Positions 34,800-46,153 of a stretch of DNA of 64,000 bases are shown here, piece after piece. The stretch covers positions 1,984,001-2,048,000 of the forward strand of contig CM052816.1 in the NCBI GenBank assembly GCA_028534125.1, given 5' to 3'. The stretch's first letter is position 1; each line of letters begins with the position of its first letter. Origin of the DNA: Lama glama. Taxonomy: Eukaryota. The notes beneath the pieces are model-generated. The model had not been told where the DNA came from. It ran no database searches and was given only the letters and a program-made list of their open reading frames with translations. The position numbers and the translations under genes were made by a program.

Positions 34800-37700
34800 G
34801 GCGCGAGTGATTGCTTACAGAGTAGGTCTGGAAAGTTTTCACGCCAGGGGTGAAACTGAGCCGGTGATTGATCGCAAGGGAAGAGGAAATTCTCCAGGTG
34901 GAGAAGTGCGTAGGCGTTCCACTTCTGTACGAAGGTGAGGCGGCAAAAGCGTGTTTGGAGAACCTCGAGGCTCCGGCGAGGTCGGACGTTCTAGTGAGGG
35001 AAAGAGGAATAGCGAAAGCGAATGGAAAACCAGCGCTGGGAACTTGGCGTGTGGACCAGGAAGGGCTCTGCCTTCTCTGGCAGTTACGGGAGGGAGGCCG
35101 GGTGACCGCGAGGTGGCGCTGTGGCTCCATGTAAGGGGAAGATTAGGGCGCCCGCGGGTCACCACACGCCCAGGGCGGCCACCAAGAGGAGGGGCAGGGC
35201 GGTCTTGGTGGGTTTGGCACCACCTTCATACAGCCATCAAATAATGACGGTAATAAAGATAATAAATACTTAGGCAGATAACCCGGAAGCAGTCCTTTTT
35301 AGGACACACGGCATCAATAATCAGAAACTGTCCGCGAGGAACAATTAAGAGCGCGGAACTGTCCAGCAGGGATCATTGCGAGCGCAGTCCGGGTAATTTG
35401 TGGGCCATGGCGGGAGCCCTGCCTCGCCCGGCGGGAGCCGCGCTGGGCGCTAACCCGCAGCCTCTGGTCAGGTCCTGCGCCCCATGGGCGGCTCCCTGCT
35501 ACCTGCAAGCCAGAGGAGCAACAGTTTCTACGCCTGCGCCAGGGCGCTCAGTTCGTATCTTGCCTGCGCCTGTGATTGGACCTGAGATTTTTGGGGACTT
35601 CTTCGCTGGTTTCACATGCACACGTGCACACACACACCACGTAAGAGCTCAGGCTCACTCACGTGAACGATGCTTTTGCACATACACATTTCTGTACATG
35701 CACACCCAGTCACATAGAGACAACGTCTACACATGGCACATGCACACACTATACACATGCATACGTGTAGTCACGCTTGTGTGCAACAATCCTTCTCAAG
35801 CACACACGCCCATATGCACCCAGGTGAGCGATGCCACTCACCGCCACACACTCATTCTTTACAGGCCCACGGAGATAATGCAACCACTCTTCCTTCATAC
35901 AAACATTCGCACGGTCACATCACACGCACCCAACAAAGATCTCCCAACACCGAGCGGTGCGTTAACTATTCACTGAATTGCCCCTTAAATGAAACACTCG
36001 CGAATTTTTTGTGACCCGGTCATCTCGATCTCCTCTGTTCAACTCCTCCCTTCTCCTACTTTCTTCTAATCAAACAGGCCTTCTCCTCCTTCCCTTCCTC
36101 TCCAAATCCTCGATGGCCTTAGGTTCTTTCAGTCAGTTTTGCACTGCTGAAGGGATGCTAATTTTCAAACAGCGGGGATCTCCATCCTCCTACCCTGGAT
36201 CCTCCTTCCTCCCAGGGATGAGGGACCTTCCCTGAGCAGCCTCCAATCCCTTGGGAGGGAGGACTGTGGGGAAGGGCCAGGGGGTGGGGTGTGGTCGCAC
36301 CCCGGGGCAGCCTTGGACTGGGACCTTTCGGGCAGTGCCCTCCCCCCCCCCCCCGGCTGTATTTTCTCGGCACAGAATAATTTTGGCTTTTAACTGTCTA
36401 TGGTCATTCCAAGGCCATGTGGCCTCCTCCATTACAGCACATCCGCAGGTATCCAGATTTCTGCTGACTGATGAGCGTCCAGGCATCCGCTTCAAGTCTT
36501 GTGTTTAGTCTATTTCAATTAGGTGACTTTGCGTGAGCCTGGAGCTCTAAAACCTCAGCTAGGGCTGGGAGAAGCGGCTGACTGGGGGTCACATAGCGAA
36601 TGTGGCAGTCAGGGTTGGAGCTGGCACGACCCTGGTGCGCCCCGTCGCGGGGGGCGGCGAGAGACGCTCGGCGGTATCTGACCGCGGGGATGCGCATACA
36701 GTCCGCGCGTTAAAATTCTTGAGAACCATTTACCCTCCTCTCTACTCTGCTGCCTGCCCTCGGGAGGCAACTTGCGGTCACGCTCCCTCGTCATCCATGA
36801 TACCCAGAAGCTCGAGAGCTAAGGGGACCTTCGAGCACTGGGCGGCAAACATCAAGGCAAATGCGGGAGATACGTTCAGCCACCGGGTGAGTGGTTTGGT
36901 TCCAAGGTTCAGGGCAGAGACTCTGGAGAAATTTCGGCTTGGCGATTTTGCTAGCAATGCGGCCGTGGACAAGTTTCATTTCAATCACAGGGAGTCAGTT
37001 TCCTCACCTGTAAAATAGGGGTGCTCTTACCTGCTTTCTTTGTCTGTTGTGGGAATTCAGTGAGGTTTTGCCCATAAAACCTTCAACAAATGGGATCTAT
37101 TCTTATCCGGGGACCGCCCCAGGGGAAACCCAAGAGAGTCGGCAGGCTCGATCCGGGAAAGGTTTGTTTGAACCCCTAAGCCCCAAGCCCTCGTTTTAGG
37201 CAGACTAAGCGCTCCCAAGCCCCAGGTTGAGCCCCAACGGTGTTTTTTAGCCTGATTTCTACCTCTTAGCTCTCTGCGGGTGACTTTGTCCCTCTCTAGG
37301 CCTCAGTTTCCCTGTCTGTACTATGCGGAAGTGTACAGACAGGGAAACTGGCTCTGGCCCCAGTTTCTGGGTTTGGAAGTGCCGGTCAGGCTGGGCGAGC
37401 AAACGGGGCCGTCTCTGCAGCGATGGGGGTCCGAAACAGGGGTCGGGGCCCGAGGAAATGCCCCCTTCCCTTTGCCGCTTGCTAGAGAGGGCTGGGAGCA
37501 AGGTGGGAGGACAGACGGATTTCCGGCGGAACCGCAGCCCGCTGGTCCACGCGTTCCCAAGGGCAACGGGTCTTGGAGGGGCAGGGGCAGGGTTTTGCCG
37601 CAGGCGGCGGGGACCCGCTGTTCGACCACCCCCGCGGCGTCTGGCTGCGGCTCAGTGGCCCCTGCAGAGCTGCGCCCGGCTCAGGTCCTCACTTCCCCAG

Positions 37701-38420
37701 GGCCTCGGGCCACCACCCACTCCTACCCATCTCCTCTTGCAGACACCGCCTCGGCCTCTGCCCAGCCCCGCCGGCAACCCCAGGCCGCGGGTGGACGCCC
37801 TCCGAGCCGGCCGCGTGCAGCAGGACTTTGCCTCTTCGGCCTTCATCCCCCCATCTTTCTCTTTTCCTTCCTCCCGGCATTGAAGGAGGCGTCTTTCCTC
37901 CGGTTTCACTCTGAACGGCCTCTGGCTAGCGGCAAAAAAGAGAGGGCATTTCCCCCAGACAGGCGGCCCTTCTGGGGGCGCGTCTACCTAAGTGGATCGG
38001 AGATCGAGGGAATTTTCCAAGTGCCAGGTCCCAAGTCTGGCCTCCTGGGGGCGGACGAGCAGAGAAGATTCCCTTTTTCCCAGGGACATCGCGCTGCTCC
38101 TAGTTCGGCGGTGTTTAGTCTTGTCTCCGCTCTTTTAGCGGGCGGGTGTGTTTCCACTTGCAGCCCCCAGAAGTTACTGCGGCGACTGATGCTCTTTAGG
38201 AAAGGGAGTTGATCTGCCGGCGCCTTAAGAGGGTTGGGATAGACTTCAGAGTGAGATCTCCCTGCGCCTTAAGAGAGAGAAGGTTTCACAGTTCGCGATG
38301 GGGAAGGGGGCTTGCTCACGGGGCCTGAGCTGCCTCCAGAGTGCGGAGACCTCAAGGGGAGTCCTGTCTACTGTTTGGAGCAACCGAGAAAGAGGCGGCG
38401 GACGATAAACCGCCCCCTGC
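34800..38420. promoter_or_regulatory. Upstream CpG-rich blocks (~34.8-35.6 kb and ~36.6-38.4 kb); candidate distal EBF1 promoter region
   Basis: CpG/GC density is visibly high relative to the flanks. Position 3-7 kb upstream of the proximal promoter fits the known two-promoter organisation of mouse Ebf1. Confidence 0.6.
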
Positions 38421-39365
38421 CCCCGCCCCGCCTAGCGGAAGAAACTGCGAGAAGCTCTGAGGGAGTCTCCACTCCAGGGGAAACATCAAGCCTTCCCAGT
38501 TGCTCCCTCCACGTATAAACTCGTCCTGCTCTAAGTTTTCCTCATGCACGAGTTCTTTCTCCCTTATTTTCTTCTTCTGTAATTCTGCATGTCTGGACAA
38601 AGCTTGGAAATGTGCGTTTCCAACAAAACACCCCTTTCCCCCATTTGATAAAGCTGATTAGTCGAATTTGGGAGTTACCTTGACGAGCTACCCTTAAGTC
38701 ATGTCACAGATATGCTATAAACCCTGGGCAATGCTGCACGTACACAGGAGATGGAACTATAACGTCAAAAGAATGAAGAGAGTCTCAGTACATACTTTAT
38801 AGTCTCTCCTGTACACACATGTTTTGCTTTCTGGAGGTGGTGCAAACCTTACATGAGGGAAGACTGAAAGGTGTTTAAGGGATTTTTTTCCCCCCAAAGT
38901 TTTAAATTGCAAATGCTAGTTCAACAGTCACCAGAGGAAATCCACAAAAAGCTACCACTCTGCTGGCCTGGGTTTCACCCCCAGTTTTCTAGCACCCTCT
39001 CTTTTTTCCACCTCCTCTTGAGCTTCCTTCCTACTTAAACATCTATTACTGGGTGAGAAAGCCAGTTTGAAAGCACAGGGACACCCAGAAGAAAAGCAAT
39101 GAATATACTCTGCTTGGTTAAAATCAAGTACACTCACAAATGAAGACACTGTCCTCAACACTGCTTTATCTCTGTGCACAAAGCCTGCCCTGCTCTCATA
39201 CCATTTAATTTGGACCACTTAATGTGCTGAGCACTTTCTCCTTGGTACCATAATTAATGCCATCTCCTCTAAGACGCTCTTAAAGAGACCTCTCTGATCC
39301 ATCAGGATCCCCACAGCATCCACCAGAGTTCATGGTACACAGTAGATGTTCAGGAGGGACACACT

Positions 39366-39865
39366 NNNNNNNNNNNNNNNNNNNNNNNNNNNNNNNNNNN
39401 NNNNNNNNNNNNNNNNNNNNNNNNNNNNNNNNNNNNNNNNNNNNNNNNNNNNNNNNNNNNNNNNNNNNNNNNNNNNNNNNNNNNNNNNNNNNNNNNNNNN
39501 NNNNNNNNNNNNNNNNNNNNNNNNNNNNNNNNNNNNNNNNNNNNNNNNNNNNNNNNNNNNNNNNNNNNNNNNNNNNNNNNNNNNNNNNNNNNNNNNNNNN
39601 NNNNNNNNNNNNNNNNNNNNNNNNNNNNNNNNNNNNNNNNNNNNNNNNNNNNNNNNNNNNNNNNNNNNNNNNNNNNNNNNNNNNNNNNNNNNNNNNNNNN
39701 NNNNNNNNNNNNNNNNNNNNNNNNNNNNNNNNNNNNNNNNNNNNNNNNNNNNNNNNNNNNNNNNNNNNNNNNNNNNNNNNNNNNNNNNNNNNNNNNNNNN
39801 NNNNNNNNNNNNNNNNNNNNNNNNNNNNNNNNNNNNNNNNNNNNNNNNNNNNNNNNNNNNNNNNN
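39366..39865. other. Assembly gap (500 N)
   Basis: Run of N. Confidence 1.
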
Positions 39866-41489
39866 AGTGTGTCCCTCCTGAACATCTACTGTGTACCATG
39901 AACTCTGGTGGATGCTGTGGGGATCCTGATGGATCAGAGAGGTCTCTTTAAGAGCGTCTTAGAGGAGATGGCATTAATTATGGTACCAAGGAGAAAGTGC
40001 TCAGCACACTAAGTGGTCCAAATTAAATGGTATGAGAGCAGGGCAGGCTTTGTGCACAGAGATAAAGCAGTGTTGAGGACAGTGTCTTCAGGCCTAAAAC
40101 ACAGTCTTTTATCTAGTTTGGGAATCTGGAAGTGGTTCCTCCTTTCCTGCTCTGCCAAGAGCACAAAGCATAACTTCTGCCTGTCTCCATTCCATTCCAC
40201 ATGGGCATGTGTACTTTTCCATCACTGACCCTATGAGCTTCCTAAATCAAAGGGCCGAGGAAGGCCGACAGAAAGGGGACCTGGATTTCTGGCAGAGGAT
40301 TTTCCCGAAGGAGTCTTTAGCAGATTTGGCTTCAGTCAGGGAGTTCCTTTGAGGGCAATGAAACAGAAGTTCACCGTGTGCTTATTAGAGGTTACAACCT
40401 GCTAAAAAATGATGGGGCACATTACCCAGAAGCATCTAGCTATTTCCTTTGCCAGCCACAAGCATATATATTGAAAGGTCTGAGGTAGGAGATCATTTCT
40501 TCCTCCCTTCTTTCCTCCCTCCCTTCCTTTCCTCCTTCCCAATCTCTCTCTTTCTTGACAGGTGGCAGAGGCAGAAGTTGGAGGAAGGTTTGCTCAAGTC
40601 GCTCTTTTTCACAGAAAGAATGAGGAAGAGAAAAACCTTGCATCCAATAACCAACTAATCAGAGACGTTGTTGTTACTTTGGTAGTTACTCTAAAGAAAA
40701 AGTATTTGCGGGGGCAGGGGTGAGAAGGTGGTGATTGAATCGAACACATTTTAAAACGCATCCTGACACAGTTCCAGTCGGAGCATTCATTCGCCGTTTA
40801 CGTATCCCGCGGATTGCTCGAGAACAGTGAGCAAGTGAAGACAGTGCCAAATGCTAGTGGCCTCCAGGCTAGCGGCCGAGCGAGAAGCGTTTCAGACGCT
40901 GGGCTAGGCGCAGAATCCGAGTCCTCCACTCCCTGGGGATCCACAGCGCCTGGCCTGCCGGGGCCCTGGGTCTACTCATCCCTCTCAGCATGAAGGCAGT
41001 GCCCTCCGCGAGCTCCCAGCCTCGATCTGGGGTACCCATTTTCCACCCCACCACACCCTTCTTAAAGTGAAGAGGTGGGCACCTGGGATGCGCGTCCTGC
41101 TTTTCCTGCCCGGTTCTCCCGTCTCCTCCGCTTTTGCCCCCGACGTCCCAGAACAGCGGAGCAGGACACGGCATCGGCCCTGGGAGGGCGCAGCCTGTGC
41201 GCCTCGAGCGCTCTCAGGGCACGGTGAGGATGCTTAATGGACCGCAAAGGCCAGGATGAAGAACCCAGCTCAAATCCCTGAGAAGAGTATCCTCCTCCCC
41301 TTCTTTCTGTCTCCCTTCTCCTGCCCGGCTCAGCCTAGCTCAGCCCCGCTCCTCCCCAGCTCAGACGCCAGGGCTCAGCGATCCTTCGCTCGCCACTTTG
41401 CGAGGAACTTTGGCCGGCTCCCCTGCGCCACCGGGGGAGGGATGTTAATGAGGGAGCGTGGCCCAGTGCTGTGAGCCAGAAGGCTCTTG

Positions 41490-41575
41490 CGCCACGATTG
41501 GCTGCGGGGAAGCGGAAGGATGACGTTATGCAAATGAAGGGGCGGGTCCACGAGTCGCGGGCCCCGCCTCCTCCC
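41490..41575 (+). promoter_or_regulatory. EBF1: EBF1 proximal promoter motif cluster
   Basis: Inverted CCAAT (ATTGG 41497-41501), ETS core GCGGAAG 41512-41518, CRE-like TGACGT 41521-41526, octamer ATGCAAAT 41528-41535, GC boxes 41539-41546 and 41562-41571. In a CpG island ~0.9 kb upstream of the ATG. Confidence 0.8.
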
Positions 41576-42097
41576 TTTGGGGTTAGTGTGCCTGTGTTTA
41601 GCTCTGGGGAGAGTCAAACTGGATTCCATAGGGAAAGCCTGCAAATCACTTCTATTTTAGCAAGGAGAAAACAGAATCTCCAACCAGCAGGGTCCACCCC
41701 TCTCTCTTTCTCCCTCTCCTCTCCTCTCCTCTCCTTTCCTCTCCTCCTCTCTTCTATCTTTCTGTCTCTCCCTACCCCCTCCCCCCTCCCCCCACCCCAC
41801 TCTCCCTCTCTGGTGTATCTGTCTACCGCAACCAGCGTCCTCCTCGTCTATACGCACTGAAAGGAAAGAAACATCTTTGGTTGGGAGAGAAGGAGGGGGG
41901 AAAAAAAGAGGAAAAACTTGCCTGGTTGTGGAAAATGACACTTGAAGTAGCAAAGCCGGCAGCGCGAGTTGAGTCTATTGTTTCTTAAATTGCCATCAGG
42001 GTTTTTTTTTTTTTTCTTCCTGCTTCTTCAAGTGAACGGTACCTCTACAAAAGGAAACTCCAGCCCCTCCTGTCCTCCACTGGCCTGTGATCATTAC

Positions 42098-42098
<1 letters not shown>

Positions 42099-42155
<57 letters not shown>
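42099..42155. repeat. Poly(A) tract, 57 nt, in the EBF1 5' leader
   Basis: Read directly; not attached to a SINE or LINE body. Confidence 0.9.
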
Positions 42156-42156
<1 letters not shown>

Positions 42157-42477
42157 CACCCAAACCAAAAATTAACCAAACAACCCCCAACAGCCAAGCA
42201 TACATCTCTATTTTTTTTATTTTGGTCTTTTTGTTGGATTTTCCCTTCTTTTCTCTCTCTCTCTCTCTCTCTTATTTTTTTTTCTAGTTATCGCTCAGTT
42301 TTGAGTGAAGGTTTACATTTTTTAAAAATTTGCTTTCCAGCCCGCGTTGATCTAGCGCGAGTTCATCGGCTAAAAAAAAAAAAAAATCTCTGGCTGGCGT
42401 TTTTTTCTCCCCCCCCCCGCTTTTTTTTTTTTAATTTTCAAGGGGGAGGAGATTTTCCACAAGAAAAGGTTGTTTTC

Positions 42478-42611
42478 ATGTTTGGGATTCAGGAAAGCAT
42501 CCAACGGAGTGGAAGCAGCATGAAGGAAGAGCCGCTGGGCAGCGGCATGAACGCGGTGCGGACGTGGATGCAGGGCGCCGGGGTGCTGGACGCCAACACG
42601 GCGGCGCAGAG
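42478..42611 (+). CDS. EBF1: EBF1 (COE1) coding exon 1
   Basis: ATG at 42478. [44 protein letters not shown]; donor AG|gtgggt; 134 bp. Confidence 0.98.
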
Positions 42612-42948
42612 GTGGGTACCGCTCGGGGACTGGGGCCGGGGAGGCGAGCCGCGAACAGTAGGGCCGGGAGGCGGTAGCTGCAGCGGCCGCCTCGGGGCCG
42701 GGCCGCACTCTCGTGTCTGCCGCTCGGATCTGCTCGCCTCCGGGGCTTCGCGCTCCTGGGCCGCGCTGTCTTGATCGCCTGCGGCCGGAGAACCGCGAGC
42801 TGCCTGAGAGGAGACCACGCTTTGCCGGCACTTTCCTCTGCCTCGTCTGTGACTGTTTTCATTCTGTTTTAAGCCAGAAGAGGCGTCTCACCAGCATGAT
42901 GTTGGATATCTGGTTTTTTTGTGATTGCTATTTCTTTTCCGGCCGGCT

Positions 42949-43385
42949 GCCTTTCTTTCTTTTTCTTTCTTTTCCCTTTTCTTTCCTCTTTCTCTCTTTT
43001 TTCTTTCTTTTCTTTTCCTTTCTCTCTCCCTTTCTTTTTTTCTTATTTTTCCTCCCCCTACTTTCCTTCATTCTTTCTTTCCATCCTTCTTTCTTTCTTC
43101 CTTCTTTTCTTTCCCCTCCTTTTAAAACTTCTTCCTTCTTTTCCACCCTCCCTTCCTCCTTTTCTTTACTTCCTTTTCCCCTTCCTCCTTCTTTCTTTAT
43201 TTCCTTTCTTTTTCCTGTTTTCTTTTCTTTCTTCCCTCTCTTCCTTCTTTCTCTCCTCTTTCTTAACTCTTCCCTCTTCTGTCTCCTTCTCTTAATTCCT
43301 TTTCTCTCCTCTTTTCTCTTTCCATTTTCTCCGACTATCTTCTCTTGTTTCTTCCTTTCTGGTTGTCTCTCCCTCTTTAGCTTTT
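42949..43385. repeat. Long polypyrimidine (CT-rich) tract in EBF1 intron 1
   Basis: About 440 bp with very few purines on the + strand. Confidence 0.92.
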
Positions 43386-43829
43386 AGTTGTTCTTGAGAA
43401 CAGCAACTCCTAACTTTAATTCTGACATCTTCTAAAAGTCTCCCCATCCTCTGTCACCATGGCCCCTTCTAGCCCCTCTGCCATTCTCAGCACCTGGGAT
43501 GCTAGACAGTGTGGCCTGGAGGAACTGCCCTTGGAGACTGACCTGGGGGAACTTTCCTGGGCACTCTCAGTACCCTTTCTGGGCACTCCCGGTCCCAAGT
43601 GAGATATGGCCTTTATTTTTTTCCTGGGCTTCAGCTGGTCTTGGATGAGTGGGAGATCTGGTGGCCCCAGGCTCAATCGGGCCCAGAGAGGGTGGAAGGG
43701 GAAGAAGGAAGATGACTAATTACATCATCCTCATCTTCTCTGGGCCACAACACTGCTCTCATCCCCGCTGATTATAAAGATGGGGGTGGCTGGTAGTGAG
43801 AGTGAGTTGGGTAACTAGGCTAGAAGCGA

Positions 43830-43832
<3 letters not shown>

Positions 43833-43881
<49 letters not shown>
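43833..43881. repeat. (TG)n microsatellite in EBF1 intron 1
   Basis: About 24 units with one interruption. Confidence 0.95.
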
Positions 43882-44698
43882 ATGGCGCCTGCGTGTGTGA
43901 GCGCTCTTGTGTCGAGTAGGTCTGGCTGTCAGTGGCCGCCCTTCGCCCTTGGCGCCCAAGCCTCCAGCCCCCCGGAAGGCACACTCAGCCGTCAGCCCTT
44001 GTCCATAGGATTTCTGGAATGAGTGTGAGGATTTCTGGAGAACAGCGAAACTTAGGACAGGTCTTTAAAAAAAAAATCCCCAGGTCCCTTTCCCACAGCG
44101 ACTACCCGTGACAGGTCTGAGTTCCACCCTCAGATTCTTTTTCTCCACATGCTTTACTTGGGAGTACATGCGGCTTCCCGAGGCCGGGCACCCACGGCTG
44201 GCTGTTGTGGGTGGCACATGAGGTTTCCTGAAGTGTGGCTGCTGCAGAGAGGAGCTGAGCATATTCCTCATCCATTCTCAGCTGCCTATGGGAGATTCGA
44301 GGGGGTGGTGGGAACCAACTCCCATACCCTCCTGCAAGTTGTAAACGACTAGCTTTATTCGGCTACCGCGGGTCTACCTCAACCACCCGTACTTTTCTTT
44401 ATCCCCATGCAACGCGCCTCAGGTGGGAGTAAATGCTTACAGTGTTTTATCTTTTGCGCAAAACCCAGACAAACTTTCACACCTCTTTGGCAAGTTCTGG
44501 GGCGCAATGGTCCTCGGAGGGGAGGACGGGACAGGCGAAGGCACGCATGTCCGGTCGCCTGTTGGGCCCGAGGCACCTGAGGGGGCGTTTAGGGCGCCCA
44601 TGGGCGTTTTGGGGGCAGAGAAGGTGGATGTTTGAAGGTTCACGCGTGTGTAAGGGGGGACAAGGGGTCGCGGGTAGTTGCCCCGCTTAGCCGTCTAA

Positions 44699-45013
<315 letters not shown>

Positions 45014-45443
45014 TGAGCGAACCCGGGCTCTTCATCCATGAGGTTCTGCTCCAAAAAAGTTCGCGCGGAGTCCCCAGAGCTGGAGGGAGGCGAGCCCGGC
45101 TTCGCACTCCGGAGGCAAGGGCGACCGAGATGAACGCGCCCTCGACCGCGCGAGCACGCGCGGCTCCTGCCTCTGCTGGCCCAGGCTCGAGCCCCCGGGC
45201 CCTTGGAAGGGTATCGCCCGTGAGCGTCCCACAGAATTTTCTGTAAGGTTAGAGGGAGCAGTAAGTGTCGGGGGGACGGCAGAGGGATCACAGTTGCAGG
45301 CAATTTCTGCTGCTCCCGGCTCTGTCCGGCTCCCCGGCCAGAGGTCCCTGCTTGGGGAAAGTTGCCTCGAAGTCGGTCTACTAGCTCACGCCGACCTCTC
45401 TCCTGCATCTCTTGTTGTGTCTTTGCGTCCCGGTGCAACGCAG

Positions 45444-45507
45444 GAAGCCAACAGCGAAAAGACCAATAACGGGATTCACTACCGGCTGCAGCTCCTCTAC
45501 AGCAATG
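45444..45507 (+). CDS. EBF1: EBF1 coding exon 3
   Basis: Acceptor acgcag|GAA; EANSEKTNNGIHYRLQLLYSN; donor G|gtgagg; 64 bp. Confidence 0.97.
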
Positions 45508-46153
45508 GTGAGGCTCCCACCTGGTCCGCGCCGGCACCTCGGGGCCCCGGGGGCGGGGAGGGGGCGCGAGGAGCTTCAGGTGGGCGAGAGCCCCGAGCGA
45601 AAGCTCAGCCGTCCGCCATCTTCGGGGTAAACCCGCCTCACCTGAGTTTCGCCTCAAGAGGTTTCACCTGAGGAGGTTCTGAGCGGCCCGAGGGCGCCTG
45701 CGCCCGCCGGCGCGTACCTGGGGTCAGGTGTGGCGTCCTGGCCCCCGCTGGGCTGTTCGCTTTCTTCCTCCCCTTCCTGGGGCAGGTTTCCTTGGCTTAG
45801 CGTAGACTTCATGTCCAAAGTCCCCTGGGTTCCGGGGGCTTGAGAGGTCACGGCCTGGGTGGCTCCCAGAGAGCACGCAGAGGGGCTCCGCCTGGGAAAA
45901 GGAGAGTAGCCAGGTGGGGGTCCATCTTATTCCCAGCTGCCGTGCTTGGGGGCTGGCTTCCAAATGCGCTCCGGCTAGGCCAGAGGCGCTTCTCTGGACC
46001 GTGGGGAAGCGGGGGTCCTGGCTGTGCGTCTCCAGGGCGGTTGGAGTTCCATCAGCCTTGAAGCCCCGCTGTTTGTTTGTTCGTTTGTTTGTTTCGTGCG
46101 GATCTTCTCTCACTTAATTCTCTTTCGCCCCCCTCCCCCACCCTCTCCTCCAG

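Noticed and set aside
35398..36014. 192-aa His/Thr-rich ORF
   Set aside because: Derived from degenerate CA-rich low-complexity sequence.
37280..38212. 310-aa ORF, the longest in the track, and overlapping ORFs
   Set aside because: Stop-poor GC-rich island, non-ATG start inside a MIR fragment, Pro/Arg/Ala/Gly-rich with no recognisable domain.
39280..39951. Mirror-image ORFs of 189-201 aa on both strands
   Set aside because: They are read through the N gap; the symmetry only reflects the inverted flanks.
41969..42287. Poly-Lys and poly-Phe ORFs
   Set aside because: Translation of the A57 tract, with non-ATG starts.
42713..43387. 224-aa Phe/Leu/Ser-rich ORF resembling a membrane protein
   Set aside because: Translation of the intronic polypyrimidine tract.
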